This document shows, piece by piece, positions 28,511 to 38,918 of a stretch of DNA of 64,000 bases. Below the pieces are notes generated by a model, which saw nothing but the letters and a program-made list of their open reading frames with translations, was not told the origin of the DNA and did no database searches. Each line of letters starts with the position of its first letter. Position 1 is the first letter of the stretch. Made by a program: the position numbers and the translations under genes. The stretch covers positions 256,001-320,000 of the forward strand of contig CAXXWX010000019.1 in NCBI GenBank assembly GCA_963675745.2, given 5' to 3'. This stretch comes from Phycisphaerae bacterium (GTDB lineage Bacteria; Planctomycetota; Phycisphaerae; UBA1845; Fen-1342).

Positions 28511-31500
28511 ATGTGGGAAAAGAACCTAGGGCAGCGCATGCTGCTGATCGGGATCGTACTCCTGGTCTCAGTACTCTTTCTGTTCACATACAGCTACGAG
28601 ACGGGCGAGTTTGACACTCGCCTGCGCGCCGGCCTCGATATCGCCGGTGGCGTCTCGATGATCTTCGAGATCAACGACGAAGGTGTCGAGAACTGGACCA
28701 ACCTCGCCGAAGAAATGAAGCAACTCCTGCAGCGCCGCGTCGACCCGGCAGGCGTCTACGGCCTCGAATGGCGCGTCCACGGACGCAACCGTATCGAGGT
28801 ACAAATGCCGCTGCCGCCGCCTGGGATAAAGTTGCTGCGCCAGGACTATGACGAGGCGCGCAAGCAACTCGTCGACCGCAACGTTACGCGCGGCGAGCTG
28901 GAAGCGGCACTCGAGCTGACCGGTGAAGAACGCGCAGCGCGTATGCACGAGTTGGCCGACGGACAGGCGTCGCGCGAAGAGGCCCTGCTCAGCGCGGCGA
29001 AGGCCAGCGATACATACCGAGCCGCCCTGGCCGCTCTGAACGAGGCACGCGCCGCCACCACCGGTGACGTAGCACCGGAGAACATCCGCGAACTCGAGTT
29101 GGCGCTGCGCGACTCAGAAGAAGATCTCGAGGACTCAATCGAGGCGGTGCGCGCGACGAACTTCCCGTTCAGCCTGCTGGAGGAGGTGCTCGCCCGCGAT
29201 GCTTCCAAGACTCGTGATGCGCAGCTCAACGAGCTGATTGAGGGGCATCCCAACCTAAAGGCCGACATCGAGAACGTTGTTGCCAAACACGCAGCCTGGA
29301 GCGAGAAACGCACTTTCCTGGACGGTCCGGCGGACTTGCAGCGCTTGCTCCGCGGGGCCGGCGTGCTCACCTTCCGTATTCTGGCCGAACCGGCGCCGGA
29401 GAACCTGACGCGCTACGACGCACTGCGCGAGGATCTGGCCAAACGCGGTCCCAAGCTGGCGCGGACGTCCACCGAGGCCTGGTTCGAGATCGACGATCCG
29501 GTCAATTTCTTCAATCTCGATTCTCCCAACGACCTCCAGGGCAAGGATCCCAAGGACTTCGAACGCTCCGGCACGATGATCGTCGCCAAGCGCGGCGAAA
29601 CCTGGTATGTCCTGGCACGCACCGACCCGAGTGCAGAGATGAAGGGCGACAGCAAACGCTCATGGCAACTGCGCGGCGTGCGGCAGGACCGCGATGAGCT
29701 CGGCCGCCCGAGCGTCAATTTCTTCTTCGACGTGCGCGGCGGTAATCTGTTCGGTCAACTCACCGGCGCCAACGTCGAAAAGCAACTGTGTATCTTCATC
29801 GATGATGTCGCCTATTCCGCGGCGCGCATCGCCGAGAAGATCCATAGCTCGGGCCGCATCACCGGCGATTTCAGCCAGGCGAAGGTCTTGTACCTGGTCC
29901 AGACCATGCAGGCCGGTGCCCTGCCCGCGCGCCTCAAAGACACGCCGATCAGCGAGCGCACGTTGGGTTCGAGCCTGGGGGCGGCAAACCTGCACCGGGC
30001 CCTGCGCGCGGGGGTCGTGGGTGTGATCGCGGTCATGCTCGTCATGCTCGTCTACTACATGTGGGCTGGCGCGATTGCCAACGTGGCCTTGTGCTTCAAC
30101 ATCCTGCTGGTGCTGGCAGCCATGTCGATGCTTAACGCGCGGATAACGCTCGCCGGCATCGCGGGCATCATCCTGACCATCGGTATGAGCGTCGATGCCA
30201 ACGTGCTCATCTTCGAGCGCATGCGTGAGGAGAAGGCCCGCGGATCGTCATTGCGCATGATGATCAAGAACGGCTACGACAAGGCGTTTTCGACGATTAT
30301 CGATGCCAACATCACAACCCTGCTGATATGCGTGATTCTCTATTACGTCGGTAGTGAGGAAGTGAAGGGCTTCGGCCTGACGCTCGGCTGGGGTATTGTC
30401 ATCAGTCTGTTCACCGCCCTCTTCGTCACGCGCACGATTTTCTCGACGTTGCTCAAGTATCACGTCATCAAGGACGTGGCGATGCTGCATCTGATCGGCG
30501 TGCCCAAGGTCGACTGGTACGCCAAGCGGAAGTTGTTCCTGCCACTCTCGCTTGCCGTTCTGGTCGTGGGCCTGGGGCTGCTGTTCAACCGCGGAACCGA
30601 TGCGCTCGATGTCGAGTTCCGTGGCGGCGTCAGCGCCGAGCTCGAATTGCTCCAGTCACACATGACGGTTTATGACAACCAGGAGAATGCCCGTGAGATC
30701 GAAGTCAACGATATCACGTTGCGCGATGACCTGATCGCCAAGGTCGCCGATGACATAAGCCGCGACGGCGCGCGACTTGTGGAGGCCACCGTGGCGGATG
30801 TGCCTGGCGATCCGCGCAGCTTCGTGGTCGCGCTGCCCGGCGTCTCGTCAGCGCGACTGGCGGCCCTGCTGGCCGAGCCGATGGAGGACCATGATCCGAA
30901 GCTGATCGCCCGAGCCGGCATCGATATCCGCGCCGGGCGCGACGAGGTGCTCATCCGCGTGGAAGACGGCGTGAGCAAGGAGACGTTAGTCGACTTCATC
31001 CATTCGCACGCGCGCGAGGCCGAGGCGGCCGGCGAGCGCATCCGCCGCGCACAGATTGCCGCCGTCCTCGAAACCGAGTCCGAATCAAAGGCCGGCCTGA
31101 TCTGGACAATCACGACCACTGAAACCAACAAACGCCTGGTGCAGCATGTGCTGGAGAGCGCGCTGGGTGACAATCTCAACCGCCAGCCCGCGGTGAGTTT
31201 CCAGGTCCGCGGAGATGGGCGGCCCTATCCCATCACCGAGCGCCGCCTGGGCGAAGTCATCCCCGAAATCCCGGAAGCCGTTGCCGGCCGCGATGTGGGT
31301 GACTTCCTGGACGGTGCCGCGATCTACCTGGACGAGCTCAACCCGCCGCAGTCAACCGAGCACATCGCCGAGCGCCTGCGCAACATGCGCTTGCAGCCCG
31401 ATTTTCAGGACCTGCCCTGGCGCGATGCCACCGTGATCGGTGTGTCGCCGACCGGCGAGAACGACCTGGAAGGCAATGCGACGTACAGCGGCGTTGTCGT

Positions 31501-32233
31501 TCTGGTTGTCGATCCGGAAGTCTCGTACACCGAGAGCCCGGAGTCCTGGGCCGTGATGCTCGCCGATCCGGAATTGCGCCTGGCGCAGGACACGCTCTCA
31601 ACGGAGCAGGCCCTGCGTAAGGTCTCGCAGTTCAAGCCCCAGATCGCCAGTCAATCTCAGCTCAAGGCCCTGATGGCCCTGATGCTCTCGTGGCTGATGA
31701 TCATTGGCTACATGTGGCTGCGCTTCGGCCGAGTCGCATACGGCCTGGCCGGCGTGGTCGCGCTGATTCACGACGTGCTGATCGCCTTGGCCGCGGTCGG
31801 TATCAGCGGCTGGATCGGCGGCACGAATCACCCGATCGGGGAGTTCTTCCTGATCGAAGACTTCCACATCAACATGACGATCGTGGCGGCGTTCCTCACC
31901 ATCATCGGGTACTCGATCAACGACACGATTGTCATTTTCGACCGTATCCGCGAAACACGCGGTCGCCTGGGTGTGGTCACGCCGGCGGTGATCAACAACA
32001 GCATCAACCAGTGTCTGGCACGTACGATCATGACCAGCCTGACCACGCTGGTGGTGTTGCTGACCATGTACATTTTCGGCGGCACCAGTATCCGCGGCTT
32101 CAATTTCTGCATGATCATCGGCATCATCACCGGAACCTACTCGTCGGTCGCGGTTGCCGCGCCGTTGCTCATGCTGGCCCTGCGCCGTGAGGCCGTGCGT
32201 GCGGGAGCCTCGATGGAGACCACGCCGGCGTAA
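28511..32233 (+). CDS. secDF: Fused protein translocase subunit SecDF with enlarged periplasmic domains
   Basis: GLDIAGG, GALPA, GMSVDANVLIFERMREE, DANITT, KGF, DVEFRGG, GYSINDTIVIFDRIRE, GTYSS. Confidence 0.95.
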   Translation: MWEKNLGQRMLLIGIVLLVSVLFLFTYSYETGEFDTRLRAGLDIAGGVSMIFEINDEGVENWTNLAEEMKQLLQRRVDPAGVYGLEWRVHGRNRIEVQMPLPPPGIKLLRQDYDEARKQLVDRNVTRGELEAALELTGEERAARMHELADGQASREEALLSAAKASDTYRAALAALNEARAATTGDVAPENIRELELALRDSEEDLEDSIEAVRATNFPFSLLEEVLARDASKTRDAQLNELIEGHPNLKADIENVVAKHAAWSEKRTFLDGPADLQRLLRGAGVLTFRILAEPAPENLTRYDALREDLAKRGPKLARTSTEAWFEIDDPVNFFNLDSPNDLQGKDPKDFERSGTMIVAKRGETWYVLARTDPSAEMKGDSKRSWQLRGVRQDRDELGRPSVNFFFDVRGGNLFGQLTGANVEKQLCIFIDDVAYSAARIAEKIHSSGRITGDFSQAKVLYLVQTMQAGALPARLKDTPISERTLGSSLGAANLHRALRAGVVGVIAVMLVMLVYYMWAGAIANVALCFNILLVLAAMSMLNARITLAGIAGIILTIGMSVDANVLIFERMREEKARGSSLRMMIKNGYDKAFSTIIDANITTLLICVILYYVGSEEVKGFGLTLGWGIVISLFTALFVTRTIFSTLLKYHVIKDVAMLHLIGVPKVDWYAKRKLFLPLSLAVLVVGLGLLFNRGTDALDVEFRGGVSAELELLQSHMTVYDNQENAREIEVNDITLRDDLIAKVADDISRDGARLVEATVADVPGDPRSFVVALPGVSSARLAALLAEPMEDHDPKLIARAGIDIRAGRDEVLIRVEDGVSKETLVDFIHSHAREAEAAGERIRRAQIAAVLETESESKAGLIWTITTTETNKRLVQHVLESALGDNLNRQPAVSFQVRGDGRPYPITERRLGEVIPEIPEAVAGRDVGDFLDGAAIYLDELNPPQSTEHIAERLRNMRLQPDFQDLPWRDATVIGVSPTGENDLEGNATYSGVVVLVVDPEVSYTESPESWAVMLADPELRLAQDTLSTEQALRKVSQFKPQIASQSQLKALMALMLSWLMIIGYMWLRFGRVAYGLAGVVALIHDVLIALAAVGISGWIGGTNHPIGEFFLIEDFHINMTIVAAFLTIIGYSINDTIVIFDRIRETRGRLGVVTPAVINNSINQCLARTIMTSLTTLVVLLTMYIFGGTSIRGFNFCMIIGIITGTYSSVAVAAPLLMLALRREAVRAGASMETTPA

Positions 32234-32332
32234 AACGCTGGTGGTTGGCCGGCGACATCGGTTGTATAATTTCGGCCGGGTGCGCGGCAGGGACGTCGCC
32301 GCACCCGGCCTTTCTTTGGCGAGGTTGGACCG

Positions 32333-33403
32333 ATGCGTACCGAAGTCAAAGCCGGCATCATCGCCGGGGTGATTCTGTTGGCCGCTCTGATTATCTACGT
32401 GTCCACGCGGACCGGCTCGGAAGGCGACGTGAGCTTCGACAATCCGAGTCGGACCGTCGCCGGCAGCGCCGAACCCGCCGGCGACAAACGCCCGGTCACA
32501 CCAGGTGGCTCGCGCGCGCGGCCGGGGGGTTCGCCCTCGGCATCGTCGCAGACTCCCCCACGACGCGCCACGACACCACGGACCGGCACCAATACCGCTA
32601 CCAACACCGACACTGATGCCGACCCGCTGCGGACAGCCACCGGTAACCGCGCCACGCACTCCACGCCGCCACGCAGCACAACGCTGACCGGCACGCCGCA
32701 TTCAACCACGCCCGCCGGTTCGCGCAGCACGGCCGCCCGCGGTGAACCACCGGCCCGTTCTCTCGATGATCTCGACCGAGCGGCCGGCGAGCGCACCGCA
32801 TCAACGCCGGATCGTGATCCGGCCGGCGACTCACAAGCCCCGAACGGCACCCGCGCCAGCGAGAATCCGTACCGTAATTTTGTCAGCCTCCCGGATCGTG
32901 CCGCTGACGCACGCCGCGAGACAAACCCGGCTCCACCGCCCACTCGTCGCACGACCCCGGGCGGTACAACGCCGCCGACTCCAACGCCCCGGGCGACCGG
33001 CACAACGTATACCGTCGAACATGGTGACATCTTCATTCACATTGTTCGCGACCATTACGGCGATGGAGATTATTGGCGGGCCGTCGCCGCCGCAAACCCG
33101 ACCATCAACCCGGACCTAATCCGTCCGGGTCAGAAGATCATCCTGCCGCCCAAGGACCAGGTGGTCAGCCGCACGACCACGCGCCCCACGCCGCCCACGC
33201 GCGGCGAATCCAGCACCACGCGCCGTGCCGCGGCAGGCGATCAGGCCGTCTACGTGGTCGAGAGTGGTGATACGCTGACCAAGATCGCCGAGAACATCCT
33301 GGGCGATGGAGCGCGTTACAACGAGATCTTCGAGTTGAATCGGGACCAGCTCGAGTCGGCTGACGAGATCCAGGCCGGCATGAAGCTGAAGATGCCGCGC
33401 TAG
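32333..33403 (+). CDS. Membrane-anchored protein with two LysM domains
   Basis: N-terminal TM, Thr/Pro/Arg-rich linker, YTVEHGD...IRPGQKIILP and YVVESGDTLTKIA...GMKLKMP. TATAAT at 32265-32270. Confidence 0.9.
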   Translation: MRTEVKAGIIAGVILLAALIIYVSTRTGSEGDVSFDNPSRTVAGSAEPAGDKRPVTPGGSRARPGGSPSASSQTPPRRATTPRTGTNTATNTDTDADPLRTATGNRATHSTPPRSTTLTGTPHSTTPAGSRSTAARGEPPARSLDDLDRAAGERTASTPDRDPAGDSQAPNGTRASENPYRNFVSLPDRAADARRETNPAPPPTRRTTPGGTTPPTPTPRATGTTYTVEHGDIFIHIVRDHYGDGDYWRAVAAANPTINPDLIRPGQKIILPPKDQVVSRTTTRPTPPTRGESSTTRRAAAGDQAVYVVESGDTLTKIAENILGDGARYNEIFELNRDQLESADEIQAGMKLKMPR

Positions 33404-33455
33404 GATCGTTTCCACCTCGATTGTCTCGCGCGTACTGCGCCGTGGCGGCCGCGCC

Positions 33456-33535
33456 GTAGCGGCCTGCGCCTCGCAGGCCGTCGGCACGAGACGGCGTTTC
33501 CGATATCAAACGGCCGGCGGGGCGCCGGCCGCTAC
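33456..33535. repeat. REP family A inverted doublet
   Basis: GTAGCGGCCTGCGCCTCGCAGGCCG ... CGGCCGGCGGGGCGCCGGCCGCTAC between convergent genes. Confidence 0.85.
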
Positions 33536-33656
33536 GCCTTACACTCATGCGTAGCGCTAAACACAAAACGCCCCCAGCGGAAACCACTCCAGGATCTGCG
33601 CGACATTTGCCGCGCTCCGGGCATATCACCGGGTATCGCGTCCCGGGCGATTCCGC

Positions 33657-34445
33657 TCAGTACGCCGGGGCTTCATCAACGCAATGGCTGCGTTCGTACA
33701 GAGCGCTGACCAGGGCTGATCCAAACAACAATACGCCACTCAGCGCAAGCCGCAGCGCGAAGCCTGCCAGCGCCGCAGGCGCGCCATAGTCGCCGACCAT
33801 CGGCTCGAGCAGGGCCCGCGCCCAGTGCAGCGGCAGCGCGAGCCCGAGCCCGTCACTACCCGGCAGCGGGCAGAGAAACGGCCCGACGGCCAGTAACGTC
33901 AACATGATCCATGCCAGCAGGAACACCAGCCCCGCGGCCACCCAGCCCAGGTTCCGCTGTGTGCTCGCGCGCAGATTGAATTCACGGCGTGGGCGACTGC
34001 ATTCGAGCCGGGCTCCCCAGACCTGGCTGAAGTAGATGAACGCCGCGAAGCCACCCGCAAAACAGGCAAACAGCAAAGCACCACCCACCACGCGCGCGAC
34101 GCTCGATGGCGGCGCCGGTGAGAGGGTTGCGACCGCAGCGCTCAGCACGGCGCACAACGGCAGCAGATACCACGCGCCGCCGCGCAGACGTACCCATGCG
34201 TGACGGTGGTCCAGCCGGCGCTGGTGCGCTTCCAGATCAGCCCGAACGACGGCCGGGTCGCCGAAGTCGGCGATCGCCGCGTCAATGGCCAGTGTTTCAG
34301 ACAAACCCGCCGCGTGTTTGTCGGCCACACACTGCTCGAGGTGGCCGCGCAGCTCATCGGCGACTTCCGCCCGCCGCTGAAGGCTCAGGTTGCTGTTTGC
34401 CAACACCGCGTCCAAATGGGCTCCGATCCGGGCTTGATCAGACAT
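33657..34445 (-). CDS. Permease-prefix/HAAS-domain membrane protein (PadR partner)
   Basis: EV.DEL.GHL...GLSE..A...AIADFGDP followed by about 4 TM helices. Overlaps the padR stop. Confidence 0.75.
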   Translation of the reverse strand: MSDQARIGAHLDAVLANSNLSLQRRAEVADELRGHLEQCVADKHAAGLSETLAIDAAIADFGDPAVVRADLEAHQRRLDHRHAWVRLRGGAWYLLPLCAVLSAAVATLSPAPPSSVARVVGGALLFACFAGGFAAFIYFSQVWGARLECSRPRREFNLRASTQRNLGWVAAGLVFLLAWIMLTLLAVGPFLCPLPGSDGLGLALPLHWARALLEPMVGDYGAPAALAGFALRLALSGVLLFGSALVSALYERSHCVDEAPAY

Positions 34446-34776
34446 GGGCGGGCCCTCCCAGCACGAGCGTCATGCCGTTGACGAGTGTCTCCCATTGCTG
34501 CGTGCGGCGTTCGAGCTGCTTGCCACCCCGCGCCGTGATTCGATAAACACGTCGGCGTCGTTGCCCCACGCCTGATTCCCACGCCCCCTTGATCCAGCCG
34601 CGCTCCTCCAGTTTGTACAACAGCGGGTAGAGCGTCCCTTCGCCGAACTCGAAAATCCCCGCGCTACGGCGTTTCAGCCGTTCGACCAGCTCGTAGCCGT
34701 GGCCGGGCGCCCGCGCCAACACGGCGAGGACCAGTGTTTCCGTAGTGCCCTTCAGGAGTTCCTTGTCGAGTCGCAT
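34438..34776 (-). CDS. PadR family transcriptional regulator
   Basis: LLKG...LAVL...HGYEL...EGTLYPLL.KLE..GWI...RRVY.IT..G. Confidence 0.93.
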   Translation of the reverse strand: MRLDKELLKGTTETLVLAVLARAPGHGYELVERLKRRSAGIFEFGEGTLYPLLYKLEERGWIKGAWESGVGQRRRRVYRITARGGKQLERRTQQWETLVNGMTLVLGGPAHV

Positions 34777-34778
34777 GT

Positions 34779-34825
34779 TTATACCTCGTATAACAAAGTA
34801 TTACGCGCATTTGACCCCCTGTCAA
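34779..34825 (-). promoter_or_regulatory. padR promoter with two palindromes (putative operators)
   Basis: TTATAC-N3-GTATAA (34779-34793) covers the SD. TTGAC-N5-GTCAA (34811-34825) covers a TTGACA -35. Confidence 0.6.
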
Positions 34826-34923
34826 GAAGTGATTCGTTTCAAGCACCCCCGAGAAAGCGTGCCGGGCCGCGGCGGCCGCCGACTTGGCGTTTCCTGACCG
34901 GCGAGTCGCCTTTCGCACGCGTA

Positions 34924-36093
34924 CTACGAGTCCGTCCGCACCACGTTAATATCGTGCTGGGATAATTCGGCAACGTATTGATCGAGCGGGACCGATACCT
35001 CCAGCGGTCGGGCCCCGGGCGCGATCAGGCCGCGCGCCTGCATGTGAGCGACCAGTGCGGCGGGAAACGCGGTCGTGCGCTCCATTGCGGTAAGACCCGT
35101 GGCGTAGTCATGGCGATCCAGCAGGTCGTAGCGCAGCGTGCGCGGCTTGCCGGCGTGGCGCCCGCTGACCGTAACACGCAGAACAGCCAGGTCGCGCACT
35201 TCCGGAAACGTCAGACGATCTTCAAACAAGCGACGGAGCACGCGATGTGGCTCGAGCACATTACCGTCGCGCAGTTCGACCCGCGGCTCGAAACAGCCCA
35301 GTTCGAACATCGCGCGGATCACGGCGAAATGACCCGGATAGCGCACGGTCTTGTAATCATATGACTCCAGTTTGCCCGCAAACGTGTCCGCACACGTGCT
35401 TGTCCCGCCTGACGTTACCGCCGCCTCGCATTTGCCCACCGGCGGCGGAAACTCGATCCCTTCCACCTCGGTCAGCGTGGGTACACTGCGCTTCTGGCCG
35501 CCGCGGAGAAACTCGCCCTGGCCGCTGTATTCGTTGATGAGCCCCTCAAAGTTGAAAACCAGTTTGTAACCCAGCGGACCAACCGGGCGCTCCGGCAACC
35601 CGCCACAACGCACCTGAACGTGTTGCGGTTCGTCGAGCGCCGCGATGCCGTGTGCGGCGAGGATATTGCCCAGCCCCGGTGCCAGCCCACAATCCGGGAC
35701 TACGCTGACACCCCGGGCACGCGCGGCCGGATTCAGCTCCAATTGGCTGCGTACGACCGTCGTATTGCCTCCCAGATCACAAAATGAGACGCCCGCCTCC
35801 ACCGCCGCCCGCGTCAGCGCCGTGTTGAAGCGATAGGGCACCGCGGAGATGATGACGTCAGCGCCTCTGACGGCGGTCACCACACCGGCGGGATCGCCGA
35901 CATCGCACGCGATCGCGCTCAGTTCGGCGGTGTTTAGCGGCAGGAGCCCATGAAGCCGGTCAAGCGCGGCTCTACAGATTCCGATGTCAACATCCGCCAG
36001 CGTGATCCCGCGCGCCTCGCCACGTTTCGCCAGATCGTAGGCCAGCGCGACGCCTTGTCGGCCGGCCCCGAGCACGACGTACCGAAAGCTCAT
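34924..36093 (-). CDS. Saccharopine dehydrogenase / lysine 6-dehydrogenase family
   Basis: GAGRQG, DLGGN, DCGLAPG, GGLP, EGLINEY, TSGG, YKTVRYPGH, AMERTT. Confidence 0.88.
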   Translation of the reverse strand: MSFRYVVLGAGRQGVALAYDLAKRGEARGITLADVDIGICRAALDRLHGLLPLNTAELSAIACDVGDPAGVVTAVRGADVIISAVPYRFNTALTRAAVEAGVSFCDLGGNTTVVRSQLELNPAARARGVSVVPDCGLAPGLGNILAAHGIAALDEPQHVQVRCGGLPERPVGPLGYKLVFNFEGLINEYSGQGEFLRGGQKRSVPTLTEVEGIEFPPPVGKCEAAVTSGGTSTCADTFAGKLESYDYKTVRYPGHFAVIRAMFELGCFEPRVELRDGNVLEPHRVLRRLFEDRLTFPEVRDLAVLRVTVSGRHAGKPRTLRYDLLDRHDYATGLTAMERTTAFPAALVAHMQARGLIAPGARPLEVSVPLDQYVAELSQHDINVVRTDS

Positions 36094-36147
36094 CCAAATA
36101 CCTCCGACGGTTGATTGCCCGTTATTCAGTCACCGCGCGCGTGGCCC

Positions 36148-36711
36148 TTATACGCCGGATAGCCAGGGCTTGTCAGCGCCTCCGCCGGCTTTGTTTTCAT
36201 AGCGCGCCAGCACGAACAGAGCGTCCGACAGCCGGTTCAGGTAGCGTTGCAGATCGCCGCTGACGGGCTCGGCCTGTCCAAGCCGCAGAACCACACGCTC
36301 CGCGCGCCGGCACACCGTGCGGGCCACCTGGAGTGCCGCCGCCACACACGTCCCGCCGGGCAGTATGAAGTTTGCCAACGGATCCAACTCTGCCGAGAGC
36401 TCATCAAGCACCGCTTCCAGTACCTCAATGTGGCGGGGTTCAATGCGGTTTGCGGGCGGCACGGCCGCATTCGTATTCGGCATGCTCAGCTCGGCACCGG
36501 CGCGCAACAGGTCGCCCTGCACACAGTGCAGTACCTCCAGGCCGCGCTCGCTCGGGCCGTGTGCGGCGGCAACACCGATAACGGCGTTGAGCTCATCGAT
36601 GGTCCCATATGCTTCGACGCGCAGGGCTGTCTTGGCGACCCGCGCGCCATTGCCGAGCCCTGTTGTTCCGTCATCGCCGGTGCGTGTGTAGATCTTCGCT
36701 TTGCGTGGCAC
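36148..36711 (-). CDS. Cob(I)alamin adenosyltransferase, PduO/MMAB type
   Basis: KIYTRTGDDG.T, YGTIDELN, FILPGG, ARTVCRRAER, YLNRLSD. GTG start after GGGAGA. Confidence 0.93.
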   Translation of the reverse strand: MPRKAKIYTRTGDDGTTGLGNGARVAKTALRVEAYGTIDELNAVIGVAAAHGPSERGLEVLHCVQGDLLRAGAELSMPNTNAAVPPANRIEPRHIEVLEAVLDELSAELDPLANFILPGGTCVAAALQVARTVCRRAERVVLRLGQAEPVSGDLQRYLNRLSDALFVLARYENKAGGGADKPWLSGV

Positions 36712-36889
36712 GGTTGAATCTCCCGAGGCCCAGGTCCGCGTCGCAGCAGGTTTGCGCAAGTTCACTTTCATCTGCGGCAAATGTTTCCCACGCTTCCTAT
36801 TGTAAGGGTTGAACCGCGCCGACCGTAAGTCGCGGATACGCCGCATACCGACCGGCTGATAGCCGAATCGTGGGAGTGGAGACTAGCTG

Positions 36890-37315
36890 ATGGAAGACTG
36901 GAAACGTGCGTTTGCTGACAAGCTCAAGGATGTCCAGTCCCACTGGGTCAAGCAATTCGATGTCATGATGGACCAGCACATCACACCGGCCTTTGACGAG
37001 TTGGAAGGTTTCGTGCGCAACGTTGGCTTCACAACGTCATCGCCGATGCGCGAAGACGACCGGCGCTCGTTGAAATTCGAGCTCGCCGAGAATGCGTACC
37101 TGCTGATGATCTTCCGCTCGACGGGCATCGGTGAGTTTGAGCTGCGGTGCGAGTCATTCGCGCCCGGACAGGAACCGGTCTTCACAAAGCAGACGGTGCG
37201 CGTCGTCGAGGTGGACAATGCCTGGGCGGAGCGCCGATTCCAGGTCGCGCTCGACGCCTTCGTCGATCACCTGGGCTCCACCGAGGTAGCGGCCGAGCCT
37301 GAACTGGTCGCGTGA
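36890..37315 (+). CDS. Hypothetical cytoplasmic protein
   Basis: 141-aa ORF with GGAG SD and typical codon use, followed by a terminator. Confidence 0.75.
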   Translation: MEDWKRAFADKLKDVQSHWVKQFDVMMDQHITPAFDELEGFVRNVGFTTSSPMREDDRRSLKFELAENAYLLMIFRSTGIGEFELRCESFAPGQEPVFTKQTVRVVEVDNAWAERRFQVALDAFVDHLGSTEVAAEPELVA

Positions 37316-37356
37316 TAACGTCGTAACCCGCCCAAGTGAATAGCGCCTACCGCGCC

Positions 37357-37384
37357 GTAGCGGCCTGCACTCCGCGGGCCGTCG
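37357..37384. repeat. REP family A degenerate copy
   Basis: GTAGCGGCCTGCACTCCGCGGGCCGTCG. Confidence 0.65.
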
Positions 37385-37409
37385 GCGCGCCGGGTGTTCT
37401 GCTGGGTGC

Positions 37410-37442
37410 CATGCCGACGGCCGTTTGCGTCGGCATGTTTTT
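37410..37442 (+). terminator. Intrinsic terminator
   Basis: CATGCCGACG-N8-CGTCGGCATG followed by TTTTT. Confidence 0.7.
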
Positions 37443-37451
37443 CCATCGCCG

Positions 37452-38738
37452 CTAGGTCAACGGGTTGATCACCAGGCCGCTGGCCAGCTTCGGGTAAAAG
37501 AACGTGCTCTTTTGCGGCATCAGGTCGCCGGCCTGACATACCCCGCGCATCTCTTCCATCGTGGTCGGCTGCATCAGAAACGCGGTCCCGCTTGTGTCAT
37601 TGGCGACGTTCACCGCGTCCGCGTCGGACTTGATGTAGCGTACCTCGGGGGCCTTGCCGTCACAGAGCTTGGGTGTCACCACGCCGTCAAGCACATACGC
37701 GTGCAGGAACGCGAGTCCGAGCTTGCGCCACGCCGCGCTGCGCTCGCCGGCGACGCTGTCAAGGATGTTCGCGTCCTTCGGACGCAACGCGATAAAGGCA
37801 CGGCTGTCCTGGTTGTAAAACGAGATCGCCTGCGGACCGAGTTCGGCCAATTCGCGAACCACCGCCTCCGGCTTGCTCGCGCTCAATACCTTTACTTCGA
37901 GCAACGGGTCGGCATCGAACAGATCGCGCGTTACGACCACGCCGGGGAGCACGCGATGCGTCGGCAGAATCAACAGGCCGGGATCTTCCATCGCGCAGAA
38001 CACGGTCAGGACATAGTTCGCCGGGTGGTCGGCGGGCAGCTCACCCTTCTGCTCGATCAGCCAATCGCGATACAGCATTGCCGTGCCGCAGCGATGGTGC
38101 CCGTCGGCTATGAATGTCGGTTTCTCCGCCATCAGGTCGCGCACGGCGGAAATCACGCCTGAATCGGTAACGGCCCACATGTGGTTCTCAACTCCGTCGA
38201 GCGTGCCCCGCGCCAGCGGCTTGTCCGGACGGGCGGCATCCAGCCGTTTGGCCACATCATTGGCGGCATCGGGATACAGGCCGAAAATGGGGCTGAGGTT
38301 GGCCTCGCAGGCTTTGGTCAGACACAGGCGATCCTCTTTCGGCCCGCCGAAAGTCTTCTCGTGCGGAAAGATGCTGCCTTGTCCAAACGGCTCCAGCTTG
38401 AGGCGGGCAAAAAACATCTTGCGCACATACTCAGTGCCGCCATGCGTGTAGCGCTGGTGATAGACATAGACGGCCGGCGTCTGATCACGGACCATCGCGC
38501 CATCGGCCAGCCAGGTGTCCAGTTCCTGGCGCGCGCCGGTGTAAGCCTCGGGCGGCCCGGCGGCTTTCGGCGGCGTGTGAGGAAGGTCGATCTTCACGAA
38601 GTTATGACGATCCTGCGCCAGCAACGCAAGTTTGTCTTCGTTACTCAGCACGTCATAAGGCGGTGCGAGACGTGCTGACAGGTCAGTGTCGCTCCCGGTG
38701 CCGTAGCGGATGGCGGCAAACGGTCGGATTTCGCTCAT
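37452..38738 (-). CDS. DUF1015 family protein
   Basis: I.PF, PPYDV, PHEKT, RL.L, SPIFGLY, IADGHHR, PTHR, MPQKSTFFYPK. Confidence 0.9.
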   Translation of the reverse strand: MSEIRPFAAIRYGTGSDTDLSARLAPPYDVLSNEDKLALLAQDRHNFVKIDLPHTPPKAAGPPEAYTGARQELDTWLADGAMVRDQTPAVYVYHQRYTHGGTEYVRKMFFARLKLEPFGQGSIFPHEKTFGGPKEDRLCLTKACEANLSPIFGLYPDAANDVAKRLDAARPDKPLARGTLDGVENHMWAVTDSGVISAVRDLMAEKPTFIADGHHRCGTAMLYRDWLIEQKGELPADHPANYVLTVFCAMEDPGLLILPTHRVLPGVVVTRDLFDADPLLEVKVLSASKPEAVVRELAELGPQAISFYNQDSRAFIALRPKDANILDSVAGERSAAWRKLGLAFLHAYVLDGVVTPKLCDGKAPEVRYIKSDADAVNVANDTSGTAFLMQPTTMEEMRGVCQAGDLMPQKSTFFYPKLASGLVINPLT

Positions 38739-38918
38739 TCGGTCTTCCTTTCGGCTGTCTATGCCACGTCCACGGTTGTGGCGGCACGTGCCGCCTTCCG
38801 TTGACCGGCCACCTGGAAACCACTACATTTATCCGGCGGTCCCGTTATTCGGTGTGGGCACCGCATGGCTGGGCAGAAAACCCTCATTCGTGCCACGTGT
38901 ACCCGGAGGCAGTCACCC

